This document shows, piece by piece, positions 12,593 to 24,975 of a stretch of 64,000 nucleotides of DNA (its first letter is position 1; every line of letters begins with the position of its first letter). Made by a program: the position numbers and the translations under genes. The stretch comes from Lama glama (taxonomy: Eukaryota), in the NCBI GenBank assembly GCA_028534125.1, contig CM052818.1, positions 37,698,001 to 37,762,000 of the forward strand, in the 5' to 3' direction. The notes beneath the pieces were generated by a model, which was not told the origin of the DNA, ran no database searches, and worked only from the letters and a program-made list of their open reading frames with translations.

Positions 12593-12818
12593 CACAGCAC
12601 GTGATGCTTAAACTCCTGGGATCTGACACCTAGTGGCTTTTACCTAACATCAGCCTGGAGATGTTGGCAAGTGACCTCACCTTTGCAGACTCAGTCTCCC
12701 CACTTGTAAAAGAAAGATAATGATTGTATCTGCGTCTTCTGGTAGAATCCAGGCAGAACAAGGGTATGATTGCTGCCATAGAACAAGTGCGCCACAGATG
12801 TTAACTATTGTTATTACT
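12593..12818 (+). mobile_element. MIR SINE
   Basis: TTGGCAAGTGACCTCACCTTTGCAGACTCAGTCTCCCCACTTGTAAAAG...ATAATGAT core and an ATGTTAACTATTGTTATTA tail. Confidence 0.75.
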
Positions 12819-13189
12819 GGTCCTTGTTTAAGGTCAGTTTTCAAAATACCAACTAGCGCTGGAGTCAGCAAATATTTTTTTATTTACCACCACATGTGTA
12901 AATTTATGATTTTTCCCCTTTTTATTAATAGAGGGATCCAAGATAGAGTCTATTAGCCTGTATCCTATCCTTTCAAGTTTCAGCCAAATTTCAATTTTTG
13001 ATCAGTTTATGGTTTGATCTAGCACATGTTGGAGTGGAAATATCAAACAGCCTAACATATATACCTGTATTGTTACCCACGAATGAGTTATGAAATTTAG
13101 TTTAGTAAGGGGTTACTACAATAATTCTTCATGACAAAGAAAAACAGAGGAGAAAAGATTTTAGGGTCCATTTTCGAAGAAGTCCAAAA

Positions 13190-13347
13190 GCATTATCATC
13201 ACTGTGGACTTGTTAGAAGGAAGATTCTTGGGTGCCACAGACCCCCTGAATCAGAAACACTAAAGTGGAGCTCAGTCATCTGTGCTTTAACAAGTCATCC
13301 AAGTGATTCTGATGCAGGCTGAAGGGGCTGGAGTTTGAGAACCACTA
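13190..13347. mobile_element. hAT-Charlie MITE MER5A
   Basis: CTTGTTAGAA...AGACCCCCTGAATCAGAAAC...TCTGTGCTTTAACAAGTCATCCAAGTGATTCTGATGCA...AGTTTGAGAACCACT. Confidence 0.85.
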
Positions 13348-13349
13348 AC

Positions 13350-13535
13350 AGTGTAGAGTTAGGAGCTCCCAGTTAAGATCTTGGACCACTTCTCCAGTGC
13401 AATTGTGACTTTAAGCAGATTAGTCACACTCAACAAAGCCTGTATCTCAAAGTTGTTGCGAAACTTTAAATGAGATGCTGCATATGCAAACACAGAAACA
13501 ACTGAAAGTTGGAAAACTCTAAGCAGATACGTTAA
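13350..13535 (+). mobile_element. MIR SINE, internally deleted
   Basis: TGTGACTTTAAGCAG...CTCAAAGTTGTTGCGAAACTTTAAATGAGATGCTGCATATG resembles MIR. Confidence 0.5.
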
Positions 13536-13589
13536 TGAGAGAAAGAGAGACTCCAGAGCAGCCACATGAGACTTTTCAGGAGAGAAAAG

Positions 13590-13887
13590 CACTATTCCAT
13601 GTGTGCCTCCGTATTTCCTAGCCTCCCTTGGCCATTAGTTTGAGGCCTGGTCGCTGGTTACTAGCTCTGGTGGATGGCTTGTGAGTGGAAGTGGTGTGTG
13701 TCACACTACCAGCCAGAGGCCACTGGAAGCAGTGGGCTTTCTCCATTCTTTTGTTCTCCTGCCAGGAAGCAGACTTCCTGTCTTCTCAGACTCTGGGATC
13801 CAGAAATAAATCTTTGTTGTGTTCAGCTACTGAGATTTCAGGAGTGATATGTTGTGGCAGCTAGCATAAATTATCTGGGTCAGCAAC
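13590..13887 (+). mobile_element. MaLR MLT1 (H/I-like) LTR fragment
   Basis: TATTTCCTAGCCTCCCTTG...TGTGAGTGGAAGTGGTGTGTGTCAC and GAAATAAATCTTTGTTGTGTTCAGCTACTGAGATTTCAGG. Confidence 0.75.
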
Positions 13888-14418
13888 GTAGAAGGAAAAG
13901 CAATGAGAAAGGGAGTAAGATTGACAATGAGATGTCAGATAGCGGGAGAAGCTGGTTCAAAGAAAGAGAATGATATTATCTCCCGATGATCAGAGGCAGA
14001 TACTGGGCCAAGTCTTTATCTCCATAAGTCCTGGGAAGAAGACAGAGATCTCTAAAAGACTTAATACCAACAGAAGGATAGGTAATTTTCCAGAGCATTG
14101 TTGTCTAATCAATGCCTGGAAGATGATGAATTCAGATAGGTATTCTCATTCTTTGGTTGTAAAGTGAGAAGGGGATGGGATGGCATGAGCTTACTTCCCA
14201 TAAAAGCTGCACATTCTGTATGTTAGAAACAAATGCTCTATGCCAAGCACGCTAATGCACTTCTTGCCTTTATTTATGTACTTCCAACCCATTCTTTGTA
14301 ATGCATTTCTTTTCTTTTGCACCAAAAAAATCGCCAGAAATCCGCTTACGATCTGTTCACCTTCCTTTTTTCCCTTCAAGTTCAACCTCTCAACATTTTT
14401 CTGAATGCCTTTAACAAA

Positions 14419-14727
14419 TTTTTTTTTAATTGAAGCACAGTCAGTCTACAATGTGTCAGTTTCTGGTGTACAGCATGTTTCAGTCATACATATACATACA
14501 TATATTCCTTTTCATTATAAGTTACTACAAGATATTGAATATAGTTCCCTGTGCTATACATTATAAATTTACTGTTTATTTGATATATAGTGTTTAGTAT
14601 CTGCAAATCTCAAATGCCCAATTTATCCCTTCCTACCCTCTACATCCCCTAGTAACCATAAGTTTGTTCTCTATGTCTGTGAGTCTGTTTCTGCTTTATA
14701 AATAAGTTTATTTGTGTCTTTTTTGTA
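14419..14727 (-). mobile_element. Lineage-specific (artiodactyl/camelid-type) L1 3' end, 5'-truncated
   Basis: Poly(T), then ATTGAAGCACAGTCAGTCTACAATG...GAATATAGTTCCCTGTGCTATACA...GTAACCATAAGTTTGTTCTCTATGTCTGTGAGTCTG. Possible TSD TGAATGCCTTT (14402-14412) / TGAGTGCCTTT (14734-14744). Confidence 0.88.
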
Positions 14728-15189
14728 AATCAATGAGTGCCTTTTTAAGTTTAAATCATACTGCGTGACTGGTGTTTTACTGAATGCTTATTGTCCTCTT
14801 TAACATCAGTATATGTTTCTTCATGCAAAGTTTGACTTTTAGGGGTCAGGTTACGATATCGCATTTCAGGAAGGCTTCTCTGACTCCATAATACTGAGTA
14901 AGTTGTTATTCTGTGATTTCTCAAGGCATATGTTTAATGCATTCCCACTGAAGAGGGTAAAGAGAATGACAGCTTCTCTTGTGTCTAAGGATGGAGAGTT
15001 CAGGTTAGTTAGAGCCATTTTCTATTAAAAACATTTTTGATAGACACTTTAAGTTACAATGTAAAGTGTATAGACAACCATTGTCTTGGGCATAAGAAGC
15101 CAAAAGAGTCTTTTATGGCTCAAAATCTGCAGTTTGCAGTGCTGATTTCTCTGGGGAAGACATGGATTAATTTATATAAAAATGATGAT

Positions 15190-16020
15190 AACCTCCTTCC
15201 ACTTTTCCATACAGCCTTCATTTTTGTGTTTCTGTCTGGATTTATTTTACTATTGTCTGAAATTATCTCAATTTATTTTAATTCATGTACGCTACGCTGG
15301 TAGTGAATTATTTAGTCTTTAAGTTTCCGAAAATGTATTTATGTCTGCTTAAATTTAAAATACATTTTCTATGTGTTGGATTCTAGATTGACAATCCTTT
15401 TTTCCCAGAACATTAAAAAATTATATTTTTGACTTCTGTCTTCCATAATTTCTGTTGAGATGTCAGTTGCTGATTTTATTGTTGTGCCTTTTAATCACCT
15501 TTCCAAATTTTACTGTTTTAGGATTCTTTTATTTTCATGTAGATTTCAACCATTTTACTCTGTGTATTGGTGTGATTTTCTAAGTATTTATTGTGTTTGG
15601 AGTTTGCAGAGCATCACAAAACTCTATGAAACTGTGGCTTGATATCTTTATCAATTGTTTACCCAATAGTTTTTATTTCTTCAAGTATTGCTTTCTCCCA
15701 CTCTCTCTATCCTCTCTTTCTGGGAATCCAATGATCTAGCCCCCCTTTTTTGGTAATGAAAAAATTGTAGATGATCTAGATGATACTGCTTTCCTCAAGA
15801 AAATGTTTACCTTTTTTTTTTTTTTTCCTGCTAGGCAGATAGACTGAGAGCCTATTCATATAAATTCTTATGGACTGAGTTGACTTGAAGCTAGGTTGCT
15901 TTTCAGGTAAGCCACCTTCTACTTCTGGTCCATTGCCTCTCTCAGGGCATTTCTCTGTAGGCATCACAGCAAAGAGCTTGTGGTGTTCAATGACACCTCT
16001 TCACCTAGTGGACAGGAACA
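15190..16020 (-). mobile_element. Old L1 ORF1 and 5' region, antisense
   Basis: GCTGGTAGTGAATTATTTAGTCTTT...GAAAATGTATTTAT...TTCTGTTGAGATGTCAGTTG...TCCTCTCTTTCTGGGAATCCAAT is the antisense ORF1 pattern. Decayed. Confidence 0.6.
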
Positions 16021-19000
16021 TGAAATATATAGTGGCAACTATATAAGATTTCTTCTATTAGGAAAGATTTTTAAAATATCTTTTTAACAATACTTGACTA
16101 TTTAAACAAAAATGATCGCAGTGTAGTGGGGATTAAAACAGATGTATTGTAAAGTGCACAGCAATATTAGCATAAAGGCCTGGAGGGACAAAATGAACGT
16201 ATATTGTAATCTTCTTATATGTGAAGTAGCATAACACCAGTTAAAAGTAGACTGTGGCAAATTAAAGATATAGACTACAATCCCTAAAGCAACCACTAAA
16301 AGAACAAAACAAAAATTATAGCTGATAAGCCAGCAAAGGATATTAAGGGGAATTATTTAAAAACTTATTAACAGAAATGAAGGAAGAAAAAGAAGAAAAA
16401 TGGATTAAAAAATTGGCAAACTTGAAAACAAACAGCAAGATGATAGAGTTAAACCTAATTAAGTAAATTAGCACATTACATATAAATGGTCTAAATAATG
16501 TTAAAAATTAAATAATTAAAAAATACAAGACAGCTGTATGCTGCATATATATATATATAATATTTTAAACACATAGCCACAAACAGGCAAAAAGGAAAGG
16601 GATAAAAGAAAAAAATATACTTTGCTCGCATTAGTCAAACAAAAGATGTCGTAGCTATGTTACTACCAGACAAAGTATAATTCAGAGAAAAGAGCGTTAC
16701 CTGGGGTAAGGGAGCTCATTTCACCTGAGAAAGGAGTCAGTACATCCAAAGGGCATAACAATCCTAAATGTCTAGGTACTAACAATAGATTTTCAAAATA
16801 GTTGAGCAAAAATGAATGCCAGTGTAAGGAGGAAAAGATAAAACCAAATTACAGTTGAAGATTTCAATAACCTTCTCTTCATAATTGATAGAACAAGGAT
16901 ATACAAAATCTCCAAGGATATAAGACTTAAACAGCAACATCAACCAACTGACCTGCTGACATCTTCAGAGCACTCCAACCAGCAACAGAGTACATATTCC
17001 TTTTTCAGGGGCTCGTGAAATATTTTCCAAAATAAACAACATTTTTGGCTACACAAAAAATTGCCTCAATAAATTTAAAAATGATTCGAGCCACAAAATA
17101 TGTTCCCACACCACGATGGATTTAAATCAGTAACAGAAAGCTTTCTGGAAAATCCCTAGGTATTTGAAAGCTATATAAGACATTTCTGTATAACCTAGGG
17201 ACCAAGGAAGGAGAGAGAAATTAGAACATATTTTGAATTGAATGAAAAATGAAAACATATCAAAAATAGTGGTATATCACTAAGGCAGTACTTAGTGGGA
17301 AATTTATAATACTAAAGGCCTGTGTTTGAAAAGATGAATGGTCTTAAATCAATAACCTCAGCTTCTATTTTATAAAACCAAATAAATAAGAACAAGTTAA
17401 ACTCAACGTAAGCAGAGTGAAGGAAATAATAAAGGCCAGAGTTGAATTCACTGAAAAATTAAAAAGAAAAATATTAGAGAAAATCAATTAATCAAAGTCT
17501 GGTTCCTTCAAAAGATCAATAAACTTGATAAAACTATAGACAGGCTAATAAGGAAAAAGGAGAGAAATACAAATTACCAGTATTGGGAATGACAGCTGAT
17601 GTCACTACAAATTCTAAGAGATAGCAAAAGGATAATGCGAAAATACTGTAAGCAAATTTATGTCAATAAATTTGGCAACTTAGATGAAATAAGCAAATCC
17701 CTTGAAAGACATAAACTATCAAAGCTTGCTCAAAGATGAGATATATAATCTGAATAGACCTATTATCTATTAAATAAATTGAATTTATAGTTAAAACCTT
17801 TCTGCAAAGAAAACTCCAGGACCAGATGTTTTCATTTGTGAATTCTACCAAGTAATTAAGGAAGAAATTAAATCAGTTATACACAAAGTGATCTAGAAAA
17901 TTGAAAAGATGAGACTATTCCCAACTCAGCATATGAGACCAGAATTATTCTGATACCAAAACAAGACAAAGACATAAAAATAACAATACAACAAACACAA
18001 GAGTATAATGTCCCTCATGAGTGTTGATCAAAAATATTCAAATACAATTTCATTAAATCATGTTTAACAGTATGTAAAAAAGGATAATAGATCATGATCA
18101 GTTCTGGGGTTTATCACAGAAATGCAATGTTGGTTTCTCACTCAAAGATCCATCAATGTAACTCAACATATTGACAAATTAAGAAATAAAATATATGGTC
18201 ATCATAAGTAGATGCAGAAAAGCATTTGATAAAATTCAGCATTCGTTCTCTCAGCAAATGAGGAACGGCAGGAAACTTCATCATTTTGATAAAGGGAATT
18301 GATAAATAACCTATACTAACATCAATCTCGATGGGAAAAGGCAAAATGCATTTGGTCAAAGATCCAGAACAACAATAGGATGTTCTCTTGTCTCTTGTAT
18401 TCTCTTTTTATTGCACTGATCACTACAACAGGGAAAGAGGATGAACTAAAAGTCATTCAGTTGAAAAGGAAGAAGTAAAAGTGTTTTATTCATAGACAAA
18501 ATCATCATCTATGTAGAATATTTATTGGAATCTACCGAAAAACCTATTAGAGCTAATAAGTTATCTGCAAGTTTGTAAGACACATGAGCAATACACAAAA
18601 CTCAATTTTGTTTCTATATACTAGCACTAAATGATTGGAAATTAAAATAAAAAGTTACCACCTTAAAAAATATAAAAATAAACTGTATAAGGAGAAATCT
18701 CATGATATATATAAGATATGTGTAAGACTGTCAAACTGAAAACTATAAAACATTTCTGAGAGAAATTAAAGACTGTCTAAATAAATGGGGAGATAGATAT
18801 GCAATGTTCAAGGGTAGAGAGATCCAATATTCTAAAAATAATAATTCTCCTCGATTGGATCTATGAATTCAGTGAGATGATATTGTAACCCTAGCTCACT
18901 TTTTTTTTATAGATATTGCTAAGCTGATTATAAAATTAATCTGGAAATGCAAGACATGGAATAGCCAAAACAAGTTTGAAAAATATCAAAGTTTAAGAGT

Positions 19001-19102
19001 TCAGTACTTTATGGATAATCAAAATGGTGAAGCATTGGCATAAAGATAGACAAATTAGATCAATGAAACATAGTGCGTACAGAAGTAGACCCACACATAT
19101 GG

Positions 19103-19851
19103 GTCTTTATGTGTGTCACTGATTATTGCAGTCCCATGGGACCAGGAACATAAGCTCTTCTGGCCTCCAGTGCCAGGTGATCAAGAGGCGTTTCCTTAGG
19201 GCAGCTGCAAAAATTGGGGCACCAGACTCATGCAAAAACTCCCCTCCAGGAGACACTGTTGCTCTGGAACATGGCAAAGGGACAGTGCAAAGGTAGCGCC
19301 CATCAGTCTCTGTTCCAACAGGCTCCTAAATGTGTGTGCTAAATTAGATGCCTGCCTTTCAGGCCAACACTTTAATATAAGCAGGTGAGCCTCCTTCACT
19401 TTAAGTCTGGGCTGTCTCTGAGCTGGGCCCTAAGCCCTTTAAAAGAAGCTTCTCTGATCATTAAAGTCTTAGGAGTCTTGGCATGTGAGCCCTCATTGGT
19501 CTTTAAAGTCCCAGATATGTTGGAGACTCCTCTCTCAAGTGTGCTTCCCCAAATTTCCCATATCAGGCATCCCAACCGCTCACTCCTCAGGAAGAAGCTC
19601 TGGCTCATTTCCTCCTGGTTGTAGGTCACAGCCCCAGGGGTGGGGATTATGACAAAATTGTGTCCCAGCCCCTCTTACCCACCTTGATGTGATTTTCTTC
19701 TTGTTGTCCAATCACCTTGATGTCATTTCTTTCTTGTTGTCCAATGTGTACTCATCCCTCAGCCAGCCTTTAGTTTTAGCTGCGGAATCTGTGTCTGTGG
19801 GAGGAGGTGATTTCAAGATTTTCCTACATCGCCATCTTGAATTGGAACTCC
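19103..19851 (-). mobile_element. L1 5'UTR-like fragment inserted antisense in the host L1
   Basis: GC-richer block ending CGCCATCTTGAATTGGAACTCC, the reverse of the L1 5' start with a YY1-type CAAGATGGCG. Host ORF2 breaks at GACCCACACATATGG and resumes at about ATTTTGACAAAGG. Confidence 0.7.
19680..19745. repeat. 33-bp tandem duplication
   Basis: CACCTTGATGTGATTTTCTTCTTGTTGTCCAAT / CACCTTGATGTCATTTCTTTCTTGTTGTCCAAT, 30/33 identical. Confidence 0.93.
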
Positions 19852-20695
19852 AAAACAGGTCTGAAAAGCTCATTTTGACAAAGGTAAAAATATATTTTTG
19901 TGGAGAAAGAGTAATCTTTTCAATGAACAGTAGTGGAACAACTGTAATCAGAATTTTAAACCAAATTTTTAAATTAATCAAAATTTTAAATGTTTCCCAT
20001 TTGAAAGATATCCTTAGGAGAATAAAAAGATAAACCATATATTGGAGGAAAATACTTGCAAAGCATATAACGAACATCGAATTTACATCCAAAATATATA
20101 AAGACTTTTCAAAGTAATAATGAAAAAAGTCAATAAAAAAGTAGCCAAAAGACTTAAACAGAAACCTTACCAAAGACGATATAAAGACCAAATAATTATA
20201 TGACCAAATAATTATTAGGGAAATGCAAATTAAAACCACAATGAGAAACCACTACAAACCTATTTAGAATGGCTAAAATATTAAAAAGACTGAGCCTACC
20301 AAGTGTTGGTGAAGGTGGATGTGAAGTAACTAGAAATTTCATACATTGGTGATGGGAATGTAAAGTGGTGAGAGCGCCTGGGAAACAGCTGGCAGTTTCT
20401 TAGAAAGTAAATCGTTCACCCACCATAATTCAGCCATTCTACCAGTAGATATTCATCCCAGAGAAAAGAAAACATATGTCCATACAAAGACATGTTCATA
20501 GTGACCTTATTTGTTACAGGCCAAAATGGAAACAGCCTAAGAACCAACAAGTAAATGGATGATTTCTTTTTTATTGTAGTACATCTAAAAAATAAAATAG
20601 TAACTAGCAATAAAATAGAATGGGCAAGTGATACACAAAATAATGTGAGTAAATTATGGTCAGTAAAAGAAGTCAGACAGAAAGGATACATACTC

Positions 20696-22330
20696 CAGCA
20701 AAATTATTTTGTGGATATCAACAAACTGATTCTAAAAATTATATGGAGAGGGAAAAGACTCGGCTAAGTCAACATAATATTAAAGGAGATGAACACCATG
20801 GGAGGGCTGACACTGCCTGACTTCAAGACTTACTATTAAGCTATAGTAATCAGGATACGACAGGACTAATGAAGGAACAGACAAATAGATCAGTGCAACA
20901 GAATAAAAAGCTCAGAAATAGATCCAATTAAATATAGTCAATTGATCTTTGACAAAAAGAGCAAAGACAGTACAATGGAGCCAAGATGGTCTCTTCAACA
21001 AACGATGCTAGAATAATTGGAAATCCACATGCAAAGAAGAAGAAGAGGAAGTGGAGGAAGAGGAAGAGAAGGAGAAGGAAGAAAGAAGAAGAAGAAGAAG
21101 AAGAAGAAGAAGAAGAAGAAGAAGAAGAAGAAGAAGAAGAAGAAGAAGGAGAAGGAGAAGGAGAAGGAGAAGGAGAAGAGGGAGGGGGAGGAGAAGGAGG
21201 GGAAGGAGGAGGCGAAGAATCTGGACAGAAAACTTATGCTTTTCACAAAAATTAACTTAAAATGGTTCACAGACCTAAACAAAATCACAAGACTATAAAC
21301 TCCTAGAAGATAACATAGGAGAAAAACTCGATGACCTCGGATTTGTTGATGACTACCTAACTACAACACCAAGTCCTGATCCATGAAATAAATTGCAGAT
21401 AAGCTGAATTTTATTAAAATTAAAATTTCTGCTGTGTGAAAGATAATGTCAAGATAATTGAAAGATAAGCCACATACTGAGAAAATATTTGCAAGAGACA
21501 TACTTAATAAAAGACTGTTATTTCAAAATACAAAAAAACTTAAAATTCAACAACAGGAAAATAAATAACTCAATTAAAAAAGGGGCCAGTGTTTACAGAC
21601 ACCTCCCCAAAGAAGATGTACAGATGGCAAATAAACATATGAAATAAATGTTCCATATCATATGACATCAGAGGAATGCCAGTTAAAACAACAATGAGAT
21701 ACCACTACACACCTATTAGAATGTCCAAAAATCTGAAACCCTGACTATACCAAATGCTGGCAAAGATGTGGAGCTGCTAGGAATGAAAAATGGTGCAGCC
21801 ACTTTGGAAGACAGTTCAGTGGTTTCTTATAAAAGTGAACATATCCTTATCATAAGATCTAGCCATCACACTCCTTGGAATTAATGCAAAGGGGTTGAGA
21901 ACGTATGTCCACACAAAATCTGCACAGGAGTGTTTATACAGCTTTATCCATGACTGCCAAAAGGTGGAAGCAACCAAGATGTCCTTCAGTAAGTGAACGG
22001 ATGAATAAACTGTGGCGTGTACAGACAATGGGGTGTTTTCCAGCTCTAAAAAATCAAACATCAAGCAACCAAAATCCATGGAGAAAATTTAAATGCATTT
22101 TAGCAAGTGAAAGAAGCCAATCTGAAAAGGTTGCATGCTGAATGTATGATTCCAAATATATGACAGTCTTCAAAAGGCAAAACTATGGAGACATTAAAAA
22201 ATCAGTGGTTGTAGGGGAGTAAGGAATAGCAGAACATGGAATTTTTAGGGCAGTACAAATGCTCTGTGTGGTACTATACATGTCATTACACATCTGGCCA
22301 AACCTATAGAATATATAACACTAAGAGTTC
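20696..22330 (+). mobile_element. Second L1 (L1MC1/2-like), 5'-truncated in ORF2
   Basis: Restarts upstream in ORF2 (CCAGCAAAATTATTTTGTGGATATCAACAAACTGATTCTAAAA; GACACTGCCTGACTTCAAGACTTACTAT). 3'UTR CATGTCATTACACATCTGGCCAAACCTATAGAATATATAACACTAAGAG. Confidence 0.88.
21033..21219. repeat. Compound polypurine microsatellite with (GAA)21 and (GGAGAA)5
   Basis: Pure GAA at 21085-21147 and GGAGAA at 21148-21177. Only two pyrimidines (21052, 21213) in 187 nt. Confidence 0.98.
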
Positions 22331-23037
22331 AGGAGTGAACACAAGCGCTCACACACGCACACCCAAATATATATATGTTTACATTAATATATATATAAAA
22401 CAATATATATATTTTGTTCATCAACCAAATGCTTTGTAGGACAAACCTTAGGGACATTTTAAGGAAATAAATTTAATTCTCAGCTTGTTTTCTTGATAGT
22501 CTTCAAAGTGTGTTTCACCTGAATAATCCTGAGAATCATTCAGAAGATGGAGAAGTCTTAAATAAGGGCATGGATGCTTATTCTTTAAAACTAATATTAG
22601 GAAATACCAGTGGGCAATAAAAAATAATGTAGTGATATGTAAAAAATGGCATGCAGCCTACTGAGTCACTAAGCCATCCTCCTCACATGAGATTCATTAG
22701 TCTCCGTATCAGTTTTGCTGTCGCGCACCTTTACAGACATGCACGCAATGTAATGGAAATGTACCTGTACCTTATTATACAAGTCTTCTGAATATAAATA
22801 ATGCAAGAGGCCTGTTCTTTGCGAAAGATGTGTTAGAAAAGGAAAGCTGTAAGCAGGTGTCTGGTGATAGGTATTGTATATGCTGTAGACAGCATCAAGC
22901 TTTAATGCTTGTGCGAGTTTGAGCGTGGATGTGCTCACACACATTCACACACTCTTTTAACAGCCCTGGATTTGGATTTGGTTTTATTTTGATTTTGTTT
23001 TTTTTCTTTTTTCCTTTTTTTCTTTTCTATTCCTCAG

Positions 23038-23060
23038 TGAATCTCTACAGAATCTGTAAT
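23038..23060 (+). other. Candidate micro-exon, or 3' end of a longer exon
   Basis: Long T/C tract (22982-23035), TCCTCAG acceptor, 23 nt, then AAT|GTAAGT donor at 23061. Confidence 0.3.
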
Positions 23061-24975
23061 GTAAGTGTTCTTGGTTCATGATATTGTATACAAGGCTCCC
23101 TGGAAAATTAATAAGGCTGTCTCCAACTCACAGCCCCATTTGCATACTTCTCCCTTACCAGTTAGCTTTTGATTTTCCTCTGTATCTCTTTATCTTCAGG
23201 CTACAGCTGAATGGTTCCTTTGCCAAATCCCAAATCACCCTTTCACATGGATCTCACATCATATTCTTCTTCAATTCTGGACCTTGTATTTGGGGCATTG
23301 ACTCCTGTAAGGTTCATATGATTATTTTATAGTTCCTTTTCTTTTACAGATAAAATATATGTGTCAAATTAATTTGATAAGGCATTACTAATGGCTTAAT
23401 AAAACCAGAACTCTATAATGATAATTAGGATTATAACCAAGAGCTTTTAAGTAAAGCAAAAGTGCAACTAACCTTTTAAGAGTATAATATTAAGCCAAAT
23501 CTAATTTAGGAGAATGTTGAGTTGATCAATATTGGTCTCTTTTTAACTTGCTGGGGCTGTCTCTGAAAAGTACTTGGTGAAAAGAACGCTGATCTCTCTT
23601 TCATGGCCTGAAATAACTGGCGTCTCAGATGCATGGACAAATAGAGTTACACCTGCTGAGAATGGGCTTCCGACTCTCTCTCTTCTTGGAATAACTCTTG
23701 TTTCCCAGGGAAGCTCTGTTGTATATCATTAGTTCATGGTGTTTACAGGACCATTATTTAGTAACTGATGAGTCTGAGGCTGAGATTAGCAGTGCCTTTT
23801 AACCAATAAAAAACACATCATTTCCCCTGGAGAGCATATATTCTGCTCATAGGAATTTCATGGTCCTTGTCCCATCCCAAGATTCTGAAAACTTCCTCCT
23901 TCCTTAAAACCTTATCTTCCCTCTATAATTGCAAAGATATCCTGGCATGGGTGGAATGCACATCATTATCTTTCTAGTCAGACAAATAAGAAAGCTTAAA
24001 CTTTACTCTCTGAGATTAAATCAAATGCACTTTGGTTGCCGATGCCAAGGCAACAGAGTGTCTTTAAGAAAGCCATGATCAAATTTTGAATTGTCTCAAA
24101 AGGTAAATTGACCAAAAAGGTAAAATCATTACATTTTAAAACTCTTACTGGGTATTTATTGTTGGAGAAGAGTGGTAAAGAGAAAGAGGATGCTACTGTA
24201 ACAGGTCACATCTCACACCTCAGTGGGCGCAGAAGGGCCACGATCATGCAAGCAGCTGGAAACAAAGGAGAGCAGCCCTGCTCTGGACAGATTACACACG
24301 CGTGTGAAATATGGCCTCTGCAGTGGGTCTGAGCAGCTGAACGGACTAGCTGGCAGTTAAAACGTTTATCGTCTTGGTGGATTTTGACCTTCCTGCCTCA
24401 GAAAATGCAAGGTTTGCCGTTGGAAGTACTATCTGTGTTTGACTCGAAGTTTACTATTTGGATGATCAAGGAGGGTGAGCAGTCAGATCTGTACCTCACA
24501 CCAGTGTGGAGACATCACAGGTCCAGGCCGGACTGAAGGCCAAGTTTATCCTAGCTTGTTCTTTAGTCATTCTGCTCTATCCTACTTATGCTGTAGTATT
24601 ACTGTAGTATGAATTACTTATGCTTTGGAAAATGTACGGAGGCAAATCAGTATCCAGATTTTCTCAGTGAAGGGAGAATGGACTGGATTGTAGAGTCAGA
24701 TAAGCCCACTCAGATAAAGGACTGGGTTTTCTCTAAAAGAAGGAGGGATTTGCATGCTTAAGATATGAACACAAGATAGTCTCCAGGAAGGTAATGGATC
24801 TCAGGACAGGGGAGTAAGCCAGAGAGGGGAGTTTGTCCATAAGACCACTCATGTGAGAGGTGCTGTTTTCTTGTGCTAATGTTGTGTCCCCTTTGGACTG
24901 GACATTTAGTCACATGCAGCATGCAGTATTTATATTGAAATATTCCTAACACATTGCAAATTCCTTTCTAAAAAA

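Larger units (their letters stand above)
16025..20695 (+). mobile_element. L1 (L1MC/MD-like) inter-ORF, decayed ORF2 and 3'UTR, interrupted at 19103-19851
   Basis: Endonuclease start (ACATTACATATAAATGGTCTAAAT, about 16475) and RT-region motifs (CCAGGACCAGATGTTTTCATTTGTGAATTCTACCAA; GATGCAGAAAAGCATTTGATAAAATTCAGCA; TTCATAGACAAAATCATC). 3' motifs include GGGAAATGCAAATTAAAACCACAATGAG. Many stops and frameshifts. Confidence 0.92.

Noticed and set aside
19712..20239. Longest ORF in the track (175 aa, hydrophobic)
   Set aside because: Antisense reading of the A-rich L1 3' region that crosses a repeat junction. This is a common spurious ORF type.
20986..21298. ORFs with poly-E, poly-K, poly-R and poly-F tracts
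   Set aside because: They are translations of the GAA/GGAGAA microsatellite inside an L1.
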